From an uncultured cyanobacterium (GTDB taxonomy: Bacteria > Cyanobacteriota > Cyanobacteriia > Cyanobacteriales > Nostocaceae), in contig CAVUDP010000001.1 in NCBI GenBank assembly GCA_963740315.1, forward strand, positions 1,536,001-1,600,000: a stretch of DNA of 64,000 nucleotides, written 5' to 3'. Numbering within the stretch: the stretch's first letter is position 1; every line of letters starts with the position of its first letter. Of this stretch, positions 37,062 to 47,574 are shown in pieces. Below the pieces are notes generated by a model, which was not told where the DNA came from, ran no database searches, and worked only from the letters and a program-made list of their open reading frames with translations. A program made the translations under genes and the position numbers.

Positions 37062-38124
37062 AAGTAACAATAGCAAAATCGTAGGCTTCAAAGAGTCCGG
37101 TAGCGGTTTGTCTATCGATAGAAACTGGGGATATGCTTTTGCGACTTTGGTTTTATCCGTTGCAATCGCATTTCCCCAAGTTTCAGAATGGGTTGAATCC
37201 CAACAACCAATTCGGTTACTCCAAAGATTAGCAAAAAATACAAGCAAGCTTACCGACTCTAAAAGCACAGCTTTTCCGACAACTAAAGGTTCAGCTATCA
37301 CCAGTAGTTTTGGTTGGAGGACTCATCCCCTTACTGGGGAACGTAAGTTTCATTACGGTATTGACTTTGGTGCTTCTAAAGGTACTCCAATTTATGCATT
37401 TGAAGCTGGTTTAGTTGAGTTTGCTGGTTGGAGGGGTGGTTATGGAAAAGCTATCATTATCAATCACGGTGCGGGGAAATCAACTCTTTACGGTCATGCT
37501 AGCAAGCTTTCTGTGCGAAAAGGGGAACAGGTTTTACCGGGACAAATGATTGGGAAAGTCGGAAGCACGGGATTTTCTACCGGACCGCATTTACATTTCG
37601 AGGTGAGGCTAAATAATAAACCAGTTAACCCGCGTCCCTATTTACAGCAGCATAAAGTAAGCTCTAATTATTCACACCGGATGCAGGCTTTTTTAGCAAC
37701 TATCCGCTGGGCTGAAACTGGAACAAGTGGGACAGAAAGTTATCAAAAGTTAGTTTTTAATGGCAATTTTGATAATTTTTCAACTCATCCGTTAATTAAA
37801 CAATGTGCCTCAATTAATGGAAAGAAAAATTGTTCTACTGCTGCTGGTGCGTATCAAATGCTCGACAAATCTTGGTGGGATTTACAACCAAAGTTAAACC
37901 TAGCAGATTTTTCTCCTGAATCACAAGATAGGATGGCTATTGAATATATTCGTCGTAACAGGGCTATTTCTGATATTGAGTCAGGTAATTTTGCTAAAGC
38001 TGCTTGTAAAGTTGGTAAGATTTGGGCTTCTTTTCCGTGCAATTCCTATGACCAAAATCCGAAGAAAATAAACGAATTGAATCGTTATTACCAAAAACAA
38101 TTATCTCTAAGGGCTGGTAGGTAA
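37000..38124 (+). CDS. Membrane-anchored M23 peptidase fused to a lambda-lysozyme-like (GH104-type) domain
   Basis: ITSSFGWRTHP...HYGIDF, YGH, STGPHLHFE; then AFLATIRWAE...STAAGAYQ...DFSPESQD...WASFP; start probably ATG at about 37039. Confidence 0.9.
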   Translation: MRSYSVLPILVVIMRIKLEIESNNSKIVGFKESGSGLSIDRNWGYAFATLVLSVAIAFPQVSEWVESQQPIRLLQRLAKNTSKLTDSKSTAFPTTKGSAITSSFGWRTHPLTGERKFHYGIDFGASKGTPIYAFEAGLVEFAGWRGGYGKAIIINHGAGKSTLYGHASKLSVRKGEQVLPGQMIGKVGSTGFSTGPHLHFEVRLNNKPVNPRPYLQQHKVSSNYSHRMQAFLATIRWAETGTSGTESYQKLVFNGNFDNFSTHPLIKQCASINGKKNCSTAAGAYQMLDKSWWDLQPKLNLADFSPESQDRMAIEYIRRNRAISDIESGNFAKAACKVGKIWASFPCNSYDQNPKKINELNRYYQKQLSLRAGR

Positions 38125-38125
38125 T

Positions 38126-40138
38126 ATGTCAAATTACACCAACACTGAAATTTACCAAGCCGTTACCATTCTAAAATCACAAGGATTATCTAACCAGGAT
38201 ATTCTCGCAGAAGCAGAACAGCTATTTGATTTTAGCCAACAGTTATATCTTGTAGAAATCCTCCAAGAATCTGACTTTGGTAGTAAAATAATTCGTCCCG
38301 TCAAGAATTGCGATCGCGATTATTTGTTCGGAATCATCTACCAAGCCGTAATCAGCGGTACTGACTATGACCGAATAATTAATGTTTGCTCGGAAGAGTT
38401 AAATTTGGAAGATTTGGCTTTTTCCAAGCTAGCATTAGAGTATGTTTTAATCAATCGATATATCAGTACATACGAAAGAGATGCTTTCATTATTGAACTA
38501 TATAAACAGTATCAAGAAAGTAAATCCTATCAAGATTTAGTTAAGCTTGCTGATTCTACCAAGAACGTTTATCTAAAACAACTGGTTTATAAAACAGCCG
38601 AATTAGTTGCTAAGAAAACAGGAGAAACACCATCTTTATCTTTAGCAAGCAGTAAAATAAACCAGAATTATGGGGATTTAACGAGTAACACAGAACAAGA
38701 TATTACAGAAGTCGAAGAAAAATTTAATCATAAGGTGGGTGACACCTTAGTCGAAACTCTTAATGATTTTGGTGTTAACTGTAGCTATGTCGATACTAAA
38801 GTTGGTCCCACTTTCAAACGTGTCAAAATCAAATTGAAAAAGGGAGTTAGCTTCAAGAAGGTTCAAGGACTTGGTAGCGATTTGGTTCAGCAATTAGGAG
38901 AAGAACTGGGATTTGAAAACCCACCGATGATATCTGTTATACCCGGTGCTGTTGTATTTGATATTCCTAGACTTGAACGACAGATAGCCCATTTCAACGA
39001 TTACGTTGACTTAACAAGTGAGATTAATATTAATCGAATAGTTATCCCCGGTGGTGTGGATGTTGATGGCAACTATATTGAAATTTCACTTTGCGACTCA
39101 AATGTCTACCATACCTTGGGAGGGGGTATGACTGGTGGAGGAAAGAGCCAGTTTGAAAAAGCAATGGTTCTGTATTTGGCACTGCGCTATCCTCCCAGTT
39201 TGGTCAAACTTGCTTTGAGTGACGTTAAATTAGTATCTCTGACTTGCTTCAATGGACTTCCCCATCTCATTGCACCCGTTGCAGAAGATGCAGCTAACAC
39301 CCTGCAAATTTTTAATTATTTAGTTGCTGAACAAGAACTTCGTTATGAAGAGTTTAAATGTGTAGGAGTTGAAAATATTAAAGAGTACAACCAAATGTTT
39401 CCCGATTGTCCCATGCCTCGAATAGTTTCTGTAACTGATGAATGTTTTGATTTACTTTCAGACAGCACCTACAAAGACCAAATCGAAATGGATTTGATGA
39501 AGCTGCTAGCTAAAGCCGGTGCTGCGGGAATCAATATTTTTCTGTTTACCCAACGTCCCGATAAAGATGTAATTAAACCCTTGATTAGGTCAAATTGTTC
39601 GGGAAAGGTTGCTTTTATGGTATCCCGTCCAGAAGATAGCGGGATTATTTTAGGTAATCCCGACGATAACCGCGCTGCTAGTTTGTCGGGTAGTGGGGAT
39701 ATGCTTTACAAGTCACCTAAAGGTGTTATGCGTCTTCAGGGTTTATTTTTGGGTACAAAAGTAGATTTTGGAGATTACCTCAATCAAGCAATGAGTATCC
39801 ATACAGATACTTCCTGTTGGAATTCGGGATTACAATTTTCTAGCTTTCTAATTGAAAATACTTCTAATCATCAAACGGGAGCTAAAAATTCAAATAAATC
39901 CAAAACTGATTCGCTTGGGAAGAATAATCAATCGGAGGAAGTTTTTTTTAATATTAAGCTTGATGATTTAACTAAGTCTCAAATTTATTCTCTCTACAGC
40001 CGAGGTTACGAACTGCATCAAATATTACAAGAGATATTTAATTTATCGCGTTCTGATGGTAGGAAATATAGGCGAATAAGGGATATTGTTGCTGAATTTA
40101 TTTCTAGTTTGGAAGAGCGAAATAAAGATGATATTTGA
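38126..40138 (+). CDS. FtsK/SpoIIIE-family DNA translocase-like ATPase
   Basis: ETLNDFGV...VGPT alpha-domain pattern, Walker A GMTGGGKS, DVK, RYEEF, Walker B VTDE, GAAGI..FTQRP, GSGDMLY. Confidence 0.9.
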   Translation: MSNYTNTEIYQAVTILKSQGLSNQDILAEAEQLFDFSQQLYLVEILQESDFGSKIIRPVKNCDRDYLFGIIYQAVISGTDYDRIINVCSEELNLEDLAFSKLALEYVLINRYISTYERDAFIIELYKQYQESKSYQDLVKLADSTKNVYLKQLVYKTAELVAKKTGETPSLSLASSKINQNYGDLTSNTEQDITEVEEKFNHKVGDTLVETLNDFGVNCSYVDTKVGPTFKRVKIKLKKGVSFKKVQGLGSDLVQQLGEELGFENPPMISVIPGAVVFDIPRLERQIAHFNDYVDLTSEININRIVIPGGVDVDGNYIEISLCDSNVYHTLGGGMTGGGKSQFEKAMVLYLALRYPPSLVKLALSDVKLVSLTCFNGLPHLIAPVAEDAANTLQIFNYLVAEQELRYEEFKCVGVENIKEYNQMFPDCPMPRIVSVTDECFDLLSDSTYKDQIEMDLMKLLAKAGAAGINIFLFTQRPDKDVIKPLIRSNCSGKVAFMVSRPEDSGIILGNPDDNRAASLSGSGDMLYKSPKGVMRLQGLFLGTKVDFGDYLNQAMSIHTDTSCWNSGLQFSSFLIENTSNHQTGAKNSNKSKTDSLGKNNQSEEVFFNIKLDDLTKSQIYSLYSRGYELHQILQEIFNLSRSDGRKYRRIRDIVAEFISSLEERNKDDI

Positions 40139-40347
40139 AAGTTTTCTAATGGGTGATATTCCTGGTGAATTATTGTAGCAGCAATAAAGTAAGTTCAACT
40201 CTTACTATCACCATTGGGGATAAATAATTACCGATACTGAAAAGATTAGTACAGAATTATTTTAATTCTGAAAAATAACAGAGTAAGGTGTAGGTTAATT
40301 GTTTTCCTCAAATCCCAATTTTAAATATGCCGGGGCAAGAGTAATTT

Positions 40348-41682
40348 TTGCTTTTGTTACCTATATTTAGAGAGGGATGGACTATGTTTAAGAAACTTTG
40401 TGTCAAAGCATTTCAAGCAATTAATCTGACAGTGGGAGCAACTTCATTAGTTGCAATTGCTGTTGGTGCAATAGCAGTTTTTGGCGGTGCTGGCTTATTT
40501 AGTATTGAAAAAGCTGGAGTCAAAACCATACCAGAGAAACGGATTCAACAAACTTTACACCTGGGAATGGGTTCTACTCTTCTAGGAGGTGTCGGATTTG
40601 TATCTGCTTCTTTCGCTGCTGCTTGTGTTGCTTCACTTTTAGATAGAGTTGACTGGGATGATGATCAAGAATTTCTAACTTCTAATAATACTAATTCCGT
40701 AGTATTTAAGTCGAGTGCAATTATCCCAACGACTGAGAATAATGATTTGCTATATCTTTATCAGATAATGCGAATTGAAGGTTGTTCTCATCTCGAAACT
40801 AAGTTGATTGTTGGAAGAATAGAAGAAAAAGTATCGCGAAAAGTTGTTATTTACGATTTTTTAGATTCCCAGCAAAAAAATAGCTTGATGGAAATATTCG
40901 ATGTAGATTTTGATGAAGATAAGTTAATTGGAAAAGCTCTTTCATCTTTAAAATCAAATCCTTGGGATGCAATTTGTGAATTTGTTGATTTCTACCGCCC
41001 TCAGTTGGAATTTAAATCGTCCTACGAGGAATTTTCTAGTTTTAATCTAGAAATATGTGCTGGATGTCGCAATTTTCATGGAGCAAATAAAATCGTTTGC
41101 GGAATGCATCCATATGGGTGGGATGATAGTTGTACTTGCCCCGATTGGCAGTCCGATAAACATCAAAAACGGGTTTATTTCCCATTCGAGCGTGAAGAGA
41201 CAATTGAGCAGTTGAATCAAAGTATTGAAACAAATCAAGCAACTTTGATGAAAAATGACGACGGTTCTTTAACTCTTTGGGATAACTACACCAATCGTAG
41301 ATTTCATTTTTCGTGGGCAGGAAAACTTCAAGATGATTCAGACAAACTAGTGGAATTGGGCGAACACGCTCAATTACTTTCTTACGTTCAATACTTTTCA
41401 GTAAGGGCTGTAATTGAATTTGACTATTCGTCTAAAATTGACGAATTTGCTCAACAATTAAAGGGTATTGCTAATATTGAAATTAGCGATACGGGTATTA
41501 ATGTTAGGGTTAATCATTGCCCAAAGTTCAATATAAATATTGACCGACAATACCGTTTCTTATTGAATGGTATTCCGTTGTACCCTTACGAATCAATTGT
41601 GCCGCAAGAACTTAAGTACAATTATAATCTTGTGACTTTTATTGGATGGTTGAAAGCTAATAAAACTAGGGTAAGACAATGA
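40348..41682 (+). CDS. Two-TM protein with a Cys/His cluster (DUF6464-like)
   Basis: CAGCRNFHG...VCGMHPYGW...CPDW; probable start ATG at about 40384. Confidence 0.7.
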   Translation: MLLLPIFREGWTMFKKLCVKAFQAINLTVGATSLVAIAVGAIAVFGGAGLFSIEKAGVKTIPEKRIQQTLHLGMGSTLLGGVGFVSASFAAACVASLLDRVDWDDDQEFLTSNNTNSVVFKSSAIIPTTENNDLLYLYQIMRIEGCSHLETKLIVGRIEEKVSRKVVIYDFLDSQQKNSLMEIFDVDFDEDKLIGKALSSLKSNPWDAICEFVDFYRPQLEFKSSYEEFSSFNLEICAGCRNFHGANKIVCGMHPYGWDDSCTCPDWQSDKHQKRVYFPFEREETIEQLNQSIETNQATLMKNDDGSLTLWDNYTNRRFHFSWAGKLQDDSDKLVELGEHAQLLSYVQYFSVRAVIEFDYSSKIDEFAQQLKGIANIEISDTGINVRVNHCPKFNINIDRQYRFLLNGIPLYPYESIVPQELKYNYNLVTFIGWLKANKTRVRQ

Positions 41683-41931
41683 ATCAAAGTTCCAACTTCA
41701 ATCTAGAAACTCAAGAATAACCTATCATAACTTAGGGTGTCTATCTACTCATCTCTTGGAAAACACTGCAAATTTCGGGAAACTTAGTTTATCTGCTACA
41801 AAAAAGTAGTAAAACTCTCTTTCCTTCAGGATTATGGGCATGATTTGTTAGATACATTCAGTACGGGGAGGAATCTCCCCACTACTGGGTGATATTTACA
41901 AATCATCCAATAACTATTTGGAGGAGCTACA

Positions 41932-42285
41932 ATGTTTAAATTTTTGTTTGATTGTTCGGCATTTGAAATTTCTACTACCATTCAAACTATCAACAATATC
42001 TTATTTCCGGTTGTTTTGTTTGCCATTATCTTTATTGTAATGTGCGAAATTTTCTTAGTTGATATTGCAATTGATGACAAATTACCAATGATAGATACAC
42101 AATTCATCCCTGGTGTTGTCAGAACTCAAACTGATGAGAACATTCCTTATCAAGAAGATGAACCAAACGTAGAAAACTTGCTTTCTAATATGGAAGTAAA
42201 AATCGGCAACTACAAAACTGAAATGGAAGTGCTTGATATTGATAGAGAACAAATCGATGTTCGCCCTGGTCGAACAACAAGTTAA
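41932..42285 (+). CDS. Single-TM hypothetical protein
   Basis: GGAGGAG RBS; hydrophobic helix; acidic tail. Confidence 0.65.
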   Translation: MFKFLFDCSAFEISTTIQTINNILFPVVLFAIIFIVMCEIFLVDIAIDDKLPMIDTQFIPGVVRTQTDENIPYQEDEPNVENLLSNMEVKIGNYKTEMEVLDIDREQIDVRPGRTTS

Positions 42286-42372
42286 ACACGTAGAAATATT
42301 GGCGATTAGTGATTGAAAAGCCTCGGCATTTTAATTGGGATTTATTTCATCCGAAAAAACTTAATAGTTGAC

Positions 42373-43931
42373 CTAATAAACTAGCTTATTGTCAATGTAA
42401 GCAATGGACGATAAGTCAACAAGTACATTTCCTAATTCCTTCGGCTCCAATTTGTGTAAACCACCTCCGTACACCCGACCTCCAGAAATTAAAGCTTCGT
42501 CGGAAATATTTTTTAAAGCAAGCCACACATCCTTTTTCAGTGAAGGCTGACGCGAAAAAGCTTCATTTAAAATAGGTTTTGGGTATAACATCAAGTAAAC
42601 ATTAGTGGCGATCGCCATAGAATGATTCAGGATAAATCGGAACGGTTTTCTGCGACTGCTATTAGTTCGTCCCATGTAAGTGCAGAGGAATGGAGTCGGA
42701 GAGCGATTTTCTTGAGAGTACCAAGGAGTGCGATGTTTACACAAGTAGCGGGAACTAATACCGCTGTCTTCACCTATCTGGAGATATTGCCAAAGCGTAG
42801 GATAGTTATTTTGTATTTCAGGTAAAGGCAAATTACAATCAAGTAAGAATAACTGTTGTTCTAAAAGGGGATTACCAAGTATGTCAGCTTCAATTTCTTC
42901 TACTAATAAATAGCGAGGACTTGGTAAAATTGGTTTCAAAAACTGAGTAGGAATTTGATGAGCAGTAACTTGTTCTTTGGTTAGGACGAAAAAAATTATT
43001 GGCTCCCGTTGCTAATCCGCGTTTAATATTGAATAAATCTTTTAATTTAAATTGTTTGGAATTGAAGTTTGTTGGTTTAAGTACTAATCCAATACTAGTC
43101 CACTTGGAAGTATTTCGTAATGTGTCAGATGTAACTAAATTTCTTTCTTTAGGTGCTGTAAAACTACCGCCATAGGTAAACTCAATTGTATGATTCTAGT
43201 GATGGCAAAGTTTTTTTTAACCAAATAATTGTACTTGATACCAACGCATCATCAAACTGCACTTTATTTGGACAAAAACGATGAACGCACATTAACGTTA
43301 CATTATTAAGTAAATAATCTTTTACTTCTTGTCCGTAATTGACATCCATAAATCCACTCGGTATCAGCCATCCAGCAGTTCCATTTTCCGCCATCCAGGC
43401 ATCTGCAATACACAAGAAATGGCAATATAAACTTGCTAACTGACTTAGTTTAATTCCAGCTATCGTTAGGCTTTTATTTTGTAGTCTTAGTTTATCGCTA
43501 CGGTTTAAATGATGGTGGCGGACATAAGGTGGATTACAAATAATTAAATTAGCTTTTTTCTCTTGATTTTTTGGTGGTAAAGCTTTTGTAAAATCACTAA
43601 TATTGATTATTAACGATGTATTTTTCCACAGTGAAATTGCCTCATCACCATAGTGGGAATCAATTTCATATCCTACGGCAGATTCAATTTTCGATTGAGG
43701 AAATAGTTGCAGCAGTGCAGAGTAAAATGCACCAGTACCAAATGCAGGGTCAAGAAATTTTATTTTTTGATTTTGTAATAGTAAATTCTTAGAGTATTCT
43801 ATAATTTCGATCGCCAATTCTGTTGGCGTAGCAAATTGACCAAGCTTATTACGTTCAATTTGAGTTTTTTTCGCGTCAAGTTCATTTTGACGTTGTATTC
43901 TCGTTTCTTCTGTTAACTTAGTAACATTCAT
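42373..43931 (-). pseudogene. N6-adenine DNA methyltransferase (Eco57I-like domain, XamI-associated type) with two frameshifts
   Basis: GQFATP, LDPAFGTG, NPPY; linking frame EFTYGGS...KRGLATGANNFF between ORFs 43182..43931 and 42373..42939; ends GRVYGGGLHKLEPKEL. Confidence 0.85.
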
Positions 43932-44008
43932 ATATTAAATAAAGCTAAATCATCGACGCGATTTTCCCATACCCAATCAATTCCTTCTGCTGCTTCATAT
44001 GCTAAATC
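43928..44008 (-). pseudogene. C-terminal remnant of a XamI-family restriction endonuclease
   Basis: LAYEAAEGIDWVWENRVDDLALFNI* with ATGA overlap onto the methyltransferase start. Confidence 0.65.
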
Positions 44009-44100
44009 CAAAACTATTAATGACCTGGAGCAAATTGACTATCAGCAAAGAGAATCTGATAAAAATGAGTTACGGTCTTTGCTGTTAATAAATAACCACG

Positions 44101-44196
44101 TTTCCCAATTCCTTCGGTTCTAATTTGTCTAAACCACCTCTGTACACCCGACCTCCGTAAATTAGAGTTTCATCGGAAATATTCTTTAAAGTAAGC
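44101..44196 (-). repeat. Diverged copy of the methyltransferase 3' end (42428-42523)
   Basis: Encodes LKNISDETLIYGGRVYRGGLDKLEPKELGN vs LKNISDEALISGGRVYGGGLHKLEPKELGN. Confidence 0.85.
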
Positions 44197-44239
44197 TATA
44201 AAGACTTGCTTACATTTCTACAGCAAAAAAATTTACTTT

Positions 44240-47200
44240 CTAACCATCTGTTTCCTGCAAACAAGCAAAATATTCTAAAAGCGAACGATGGTAGAAGATG
44301 TAACCTCCACCAGATTTTTGTAGTAAAATCCGTTCCGTAGCATAGTCAAGAAAGCTGGCACAGTTAAAGGGGATATAGCCATTCACCCACAAAATAAATC
44401 TCAATACCAAATGTTTTATTACAATTAAGCCAGAAAATTGTCCACCAGCCAATCCCGCAAGCAATCCAACAGTGAAACTAATGCTAATCGTCTCACGAAT
44501 ATTTTCTGAATAAGGAATACTTCCAATCATTCCTATTGGAAAAAAAGTTATAAACAAAAGTATTGAATATCTAGCCGAACGAATTATACCTTGATTGGGT
44601 AAAGTTGTTTTTTCTATTTCTTTGCCTTTATCTAATCCACCAATAATTCCAGAGACTAAAGAAAAAAGTAGTAGTTCATATATCAGATACTGCCAACCAT
44701 TTACTCTAAAATATCTGTCAGTAAAAATTAAGCGTATTCCAACATAAACTGAACCTAAAAATAATCCATATTTGGTAAATATGAAGGCTCTAGAATATGA
44801 CCATCTAATAGTATCTACTATTTGAATATCTATATTACTTAAACCTATTTCTAAAAATAAACCAAAAACAACTCCGTTAATAAGCAACGTGGATAATAAA
44901 ATCATATGACCACCAGTTTCATCGAGAGGAATATGGTGCCATATCATCAAAGAGGTCAAACCAGAGTACATTAGACCGCAGAATATTCCTAATAATCGTC
45001 CCTGTAACAGCCCAGATAAAAGTGCAAATATTACGGCAGATATTATTGAAGGTATGATTAAAGGAGTAAAATATACTAAATTGGTTGTTACTTGCGTAGC
45101 AAAGTAAAATGCCATCGCGAGCCCAGCAAGTATTCCAAAAATTAACCTTACGCCAAAATTATATGCTAATTTTTGAAAATTTGTTTGCAACCAATCTGGC
45201 TGCATCTGTTCAATGAGATATTTACTTTGAGAACTTTCTTCCATTCTCTTAGCTAACCATATTAAATAATTTAGAGAGTTTTTTTTTGAATATTTATGAC
45301 CTATATTGCGTCGTTCAAACATCCGAAATATATAATTTTTAAATAGATTTTGACGGCTTTCTTCTACTGAATTAATTGCTCGCAACTCTTCCAAGGACAT
45401 CTCCCGACAAGCAATGGTGATAATATTCAGCATCAGAGGATTTTTTGCTAAGGAAAGTAGTTTTTCATCTTCTTGTAACAATATTTTTACTGCTTCAAGT
45501 TGTTTTCCTCCTTGCTGTAAATAACGGTGAATTTGTTCTTTTGTTAAAGATTGAATATAAATTGCTGCTTGAAACTGAAATTTTTCTGCGATGCTATTGT
45601 AATCGTGAATGCGACTACAGACAATTACTTCTGTTTCTGGGTGCTTTCGGATAAATTGATTAATTGCTGCTAGACATGACGAGCGTTGTTCTTCTTTCAC
45701 CTCATCCAAGCCATCAAGTAAAAGTAATAATTTTTGATTTTCTACCCAAGCCTTTGCTTGAGACTTGGGAATTTGATACTCTTCATAAAGCTTGTTAATT
45801 AACCAATTCGCAAAATTTTTAGTTCCTAAAAAACTACTCCAACTTGAAAGATTTAGCATTACAGGAATAGGTAAAACTTCATCTTCCCGAGCATCAGCAA
45901 TCAAATCGCGAGCAATTTCTAAAAGTGTTGTGGTTTTACCAGAACCAGGTTCTCCTAAAATCAGTAATGTTCTTCCTGCTATAGTTTCGTCATCATTGTT
46001 CAACTCGTCGAATACATCAATTGCTCTTGTACCTAAAGGAAGGTTTAGTCTATGTTGTGATGGTGTTTCAAATGTAATTCTACTGGGTAAATTTAAAGCA
46101 TCGGGATGTTCTTCTAAACCTAATTCAATTTTTAATTGACTTTGTAATTGGTTTTGTAAAATCGGTTTTACCCACAAATTATTAACTTTACTGAGCAAAA
46201 TTCCACGATTTTTTAATTCCTGTGCTGACATAGGAACCCGATGACAAGCTGTCGAAATTCTGCTTCGGGTGCGTCGGATTTGTTTCCATGCGATAGTTCT
46301 TCCACCGGAATTGTCTACAATCGTGGGTAAAGCTGTTACTCCAGGTAATTTTTTCTCTAATCCTTCAAGCTGTAACTTTTCTCTTGCTTCTCGCACTGAT
46401 TGGTATAAGGAATTGTCAGAAGCAAAAGACTCAAGGAAATAAAATAAAAATTGCTGTGCAACTTTATCGGGAACTGGTTCTCGCCATACAATAATTTGAG
46501 GAATACTTAAATCGGAAATTGCTTGAGCTAAACCCAATCCATCGCAAGAATTGAAAATGACTAACTGCAATCCTTTATCAGTAGCTGTTCTCAAAGCATT
46601 TTTGAGTTCTTTGATTTCCAGCCCTTCTTCTTCGGAGTTAATATATAGCCAGCCGGTTGAGCAATCTTCCCCGCTGTTGCTATGACCAGAAAAGCAGAAA
46701 ATATCTATAGTGTCATGCCAAAGTTCTGTAAATTCTGACCGTTTTGGTTGGTGTAAAAATCTGGGGGAAGCTCCTTTTGTTCGTAAGTCTTTGATAATTT
46801 TTTGGTCAGTTTGTATATCAATATCTTTTATAAATTCACTACTATTATTATTTCCAAAAATTCCTAAGACTCTAACTCTTCTAAGTCTGGTATTTTCGCT
46901 CGTAAAACTGTTATTTGTATTGATAAGTCTAGGTTTAAATTCGTTTAAACTGATAGAAAATTCAATTTTGTAGTGATTGGGAAATATATTCCACCAATGC
47001 CAGGGAAGTCTGTGTAAAATATTTTTAGTTTCAGGTGATGATACTTCAGAAGTTTGAATTACAAAACTAACTTCGTCTTGAGGAGTTAATTGCAGAGCTT
47101 GTGTTAAATCGTTTTTAGTTGGAATAAATATTTCTGAATCCAGCCAATGATTTAAATAATCGCGTAAAACAGCAGTATCGCTTCTAAAGTCTTTAATTGA

Positions 47201-47455
47201 AACATGAGTAACCTGAGCATCTACAAAACCTCTTTGAAAATTAAATGCTGGCAGGTTATTTAGTAAATTTTGATATTTGCTGCGCCAATTTTGGAATGAA
47301 TTGGCTATGTATGGAGCGGTTGGTAAACTTCCTGTTAATTGCTTAAAATCTTTTGAATTATTTTTATGAGTTGGATAAACCAGAATGTTAATTCTCTCGA
47401 ACCCTTGCTTGAAGAAATCGCCATCACACGGCTGAAAAATAACCAGTTTTTCCAT
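44240..47455 (-). CDS. CHAT-NACHT protein with a C-terminal multi-TM region
   Basis: FCFSGHS and IFNSCDG (CHAT dyad), Walker A GEPGSGKTT, Walker B LLLDGLDEV, NPLML, several TM helices, GGGYIFYHRSL. Confidence 0.9.
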   Translation of the reverse strand: MEKLVIFQPCDGDFFKQGFERINILVYPTHKNNSKDFKQLTGSLPTAPYIANSFQNWRSKYQNLLNNLPAFNFQRGFVDAQVTHVSIKDFRSDTAVLRDYLNHWLDSEIFIPTKNDLTQALQLTPQDEVSFVIQTSEVSSPETKNILHRLPWHWWNIFPNHYKIEFSISLNEFKPRLINTNNSFTSENTRLRRVRVLGIFGNNNSSEFIKDIDIQTDQKIIKDLRTKGASPRFLHQPKRSEFTELWHDTIDIFCFSGHSNSGEDCSTGWLYINSEEEGLEIKELKNALRTATDKGLQLVIFNSCDGLGLAQAISDLSIPQIIVWREPVPDKVAQQFLFYFLESFASDNSLYQSVREAREKLQLEGLEKKLPGVTALPTIVDNSGGRTIAWKQIRRTRSRISTACHRVPMSAQELKNRGILLSKVNNLWVKPILQNQLQSQLKIELGLEEHPDALNLPSRITFETPSQHRLNLPLGTRAIDVFDELNNDDETIAGRTLLILGEPGSGKTTTLLEIARDLIADAREDEVLPIPVMLNLSSWSSFLGTKNFANWLINKLYEEYQIPKSQAKAWVENQKLLLLLDGLDEVKEEQRSSCLAAINQFIRKHPETEVIVCSRIHDYNSIAEKFQFQAAIYIQSLTKEQIHRYLQQGGKQLEAVKILLQEDEKLLSLAKNPLMLNIITIACREMSLEELRAINSVEESRQNLFKNYIFRMFERRNIGHKYSKKNSLNYLIWLAKRMEESSQSKYLIEQMQPDWLQTNFQKLAYNFGVRLIFGILAGLAMAFYFATQVTTNLVYFTPLIIPSIISAVIFALLSGLLQGRLLGIFCGLMYSGLTSLMIWHHIPLDETGGHMILLSTLLINGVVFGLFLEIGLSNIDIQIVDTIRWSYSRAFIFTKYGLFLGSVYVGIRLIFTDRYFRVNGWQYLIYELLLFSLVSGIIGGLDKGKEIEKTTLPNQGIIRSARYSILLFITFFPIGMIGSIPYSENIRETISISFTVGLLAGLAGGQFSGLIVIKHLVLRFILWVNGYIPFNCASFLDYATERILLQKSGGGYIFYHRSLLEYFACLQETDG

Positions 47456-47574
47456 AAGTCATGTTTTGGTAGACACTGCACACCTCTTTTTATGAATCTG
47501 GCTAGGGAGTCTCAGCGAATTAGATCCATCTCATAAAATCAAATTTTCCTCCACGAACTAATACTGTTTTCCAG

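Noticed and set aside
38126..40138. Chromosomal cell-division ftsK or T7SS EccC
   Set aside because: No N-terminal TM domain, a single ATPase domain and no WXG100 neighbours; gene symbol withheld
22385..44200. AGCTAT/ATAGCT near three deletion junctions (about 22388, 31555, 44194) as a recombinase site
   Set aside because: An AT-rich 6-mer that is common in the window and absent at the 15787 junction; breakpoints are not precisely known
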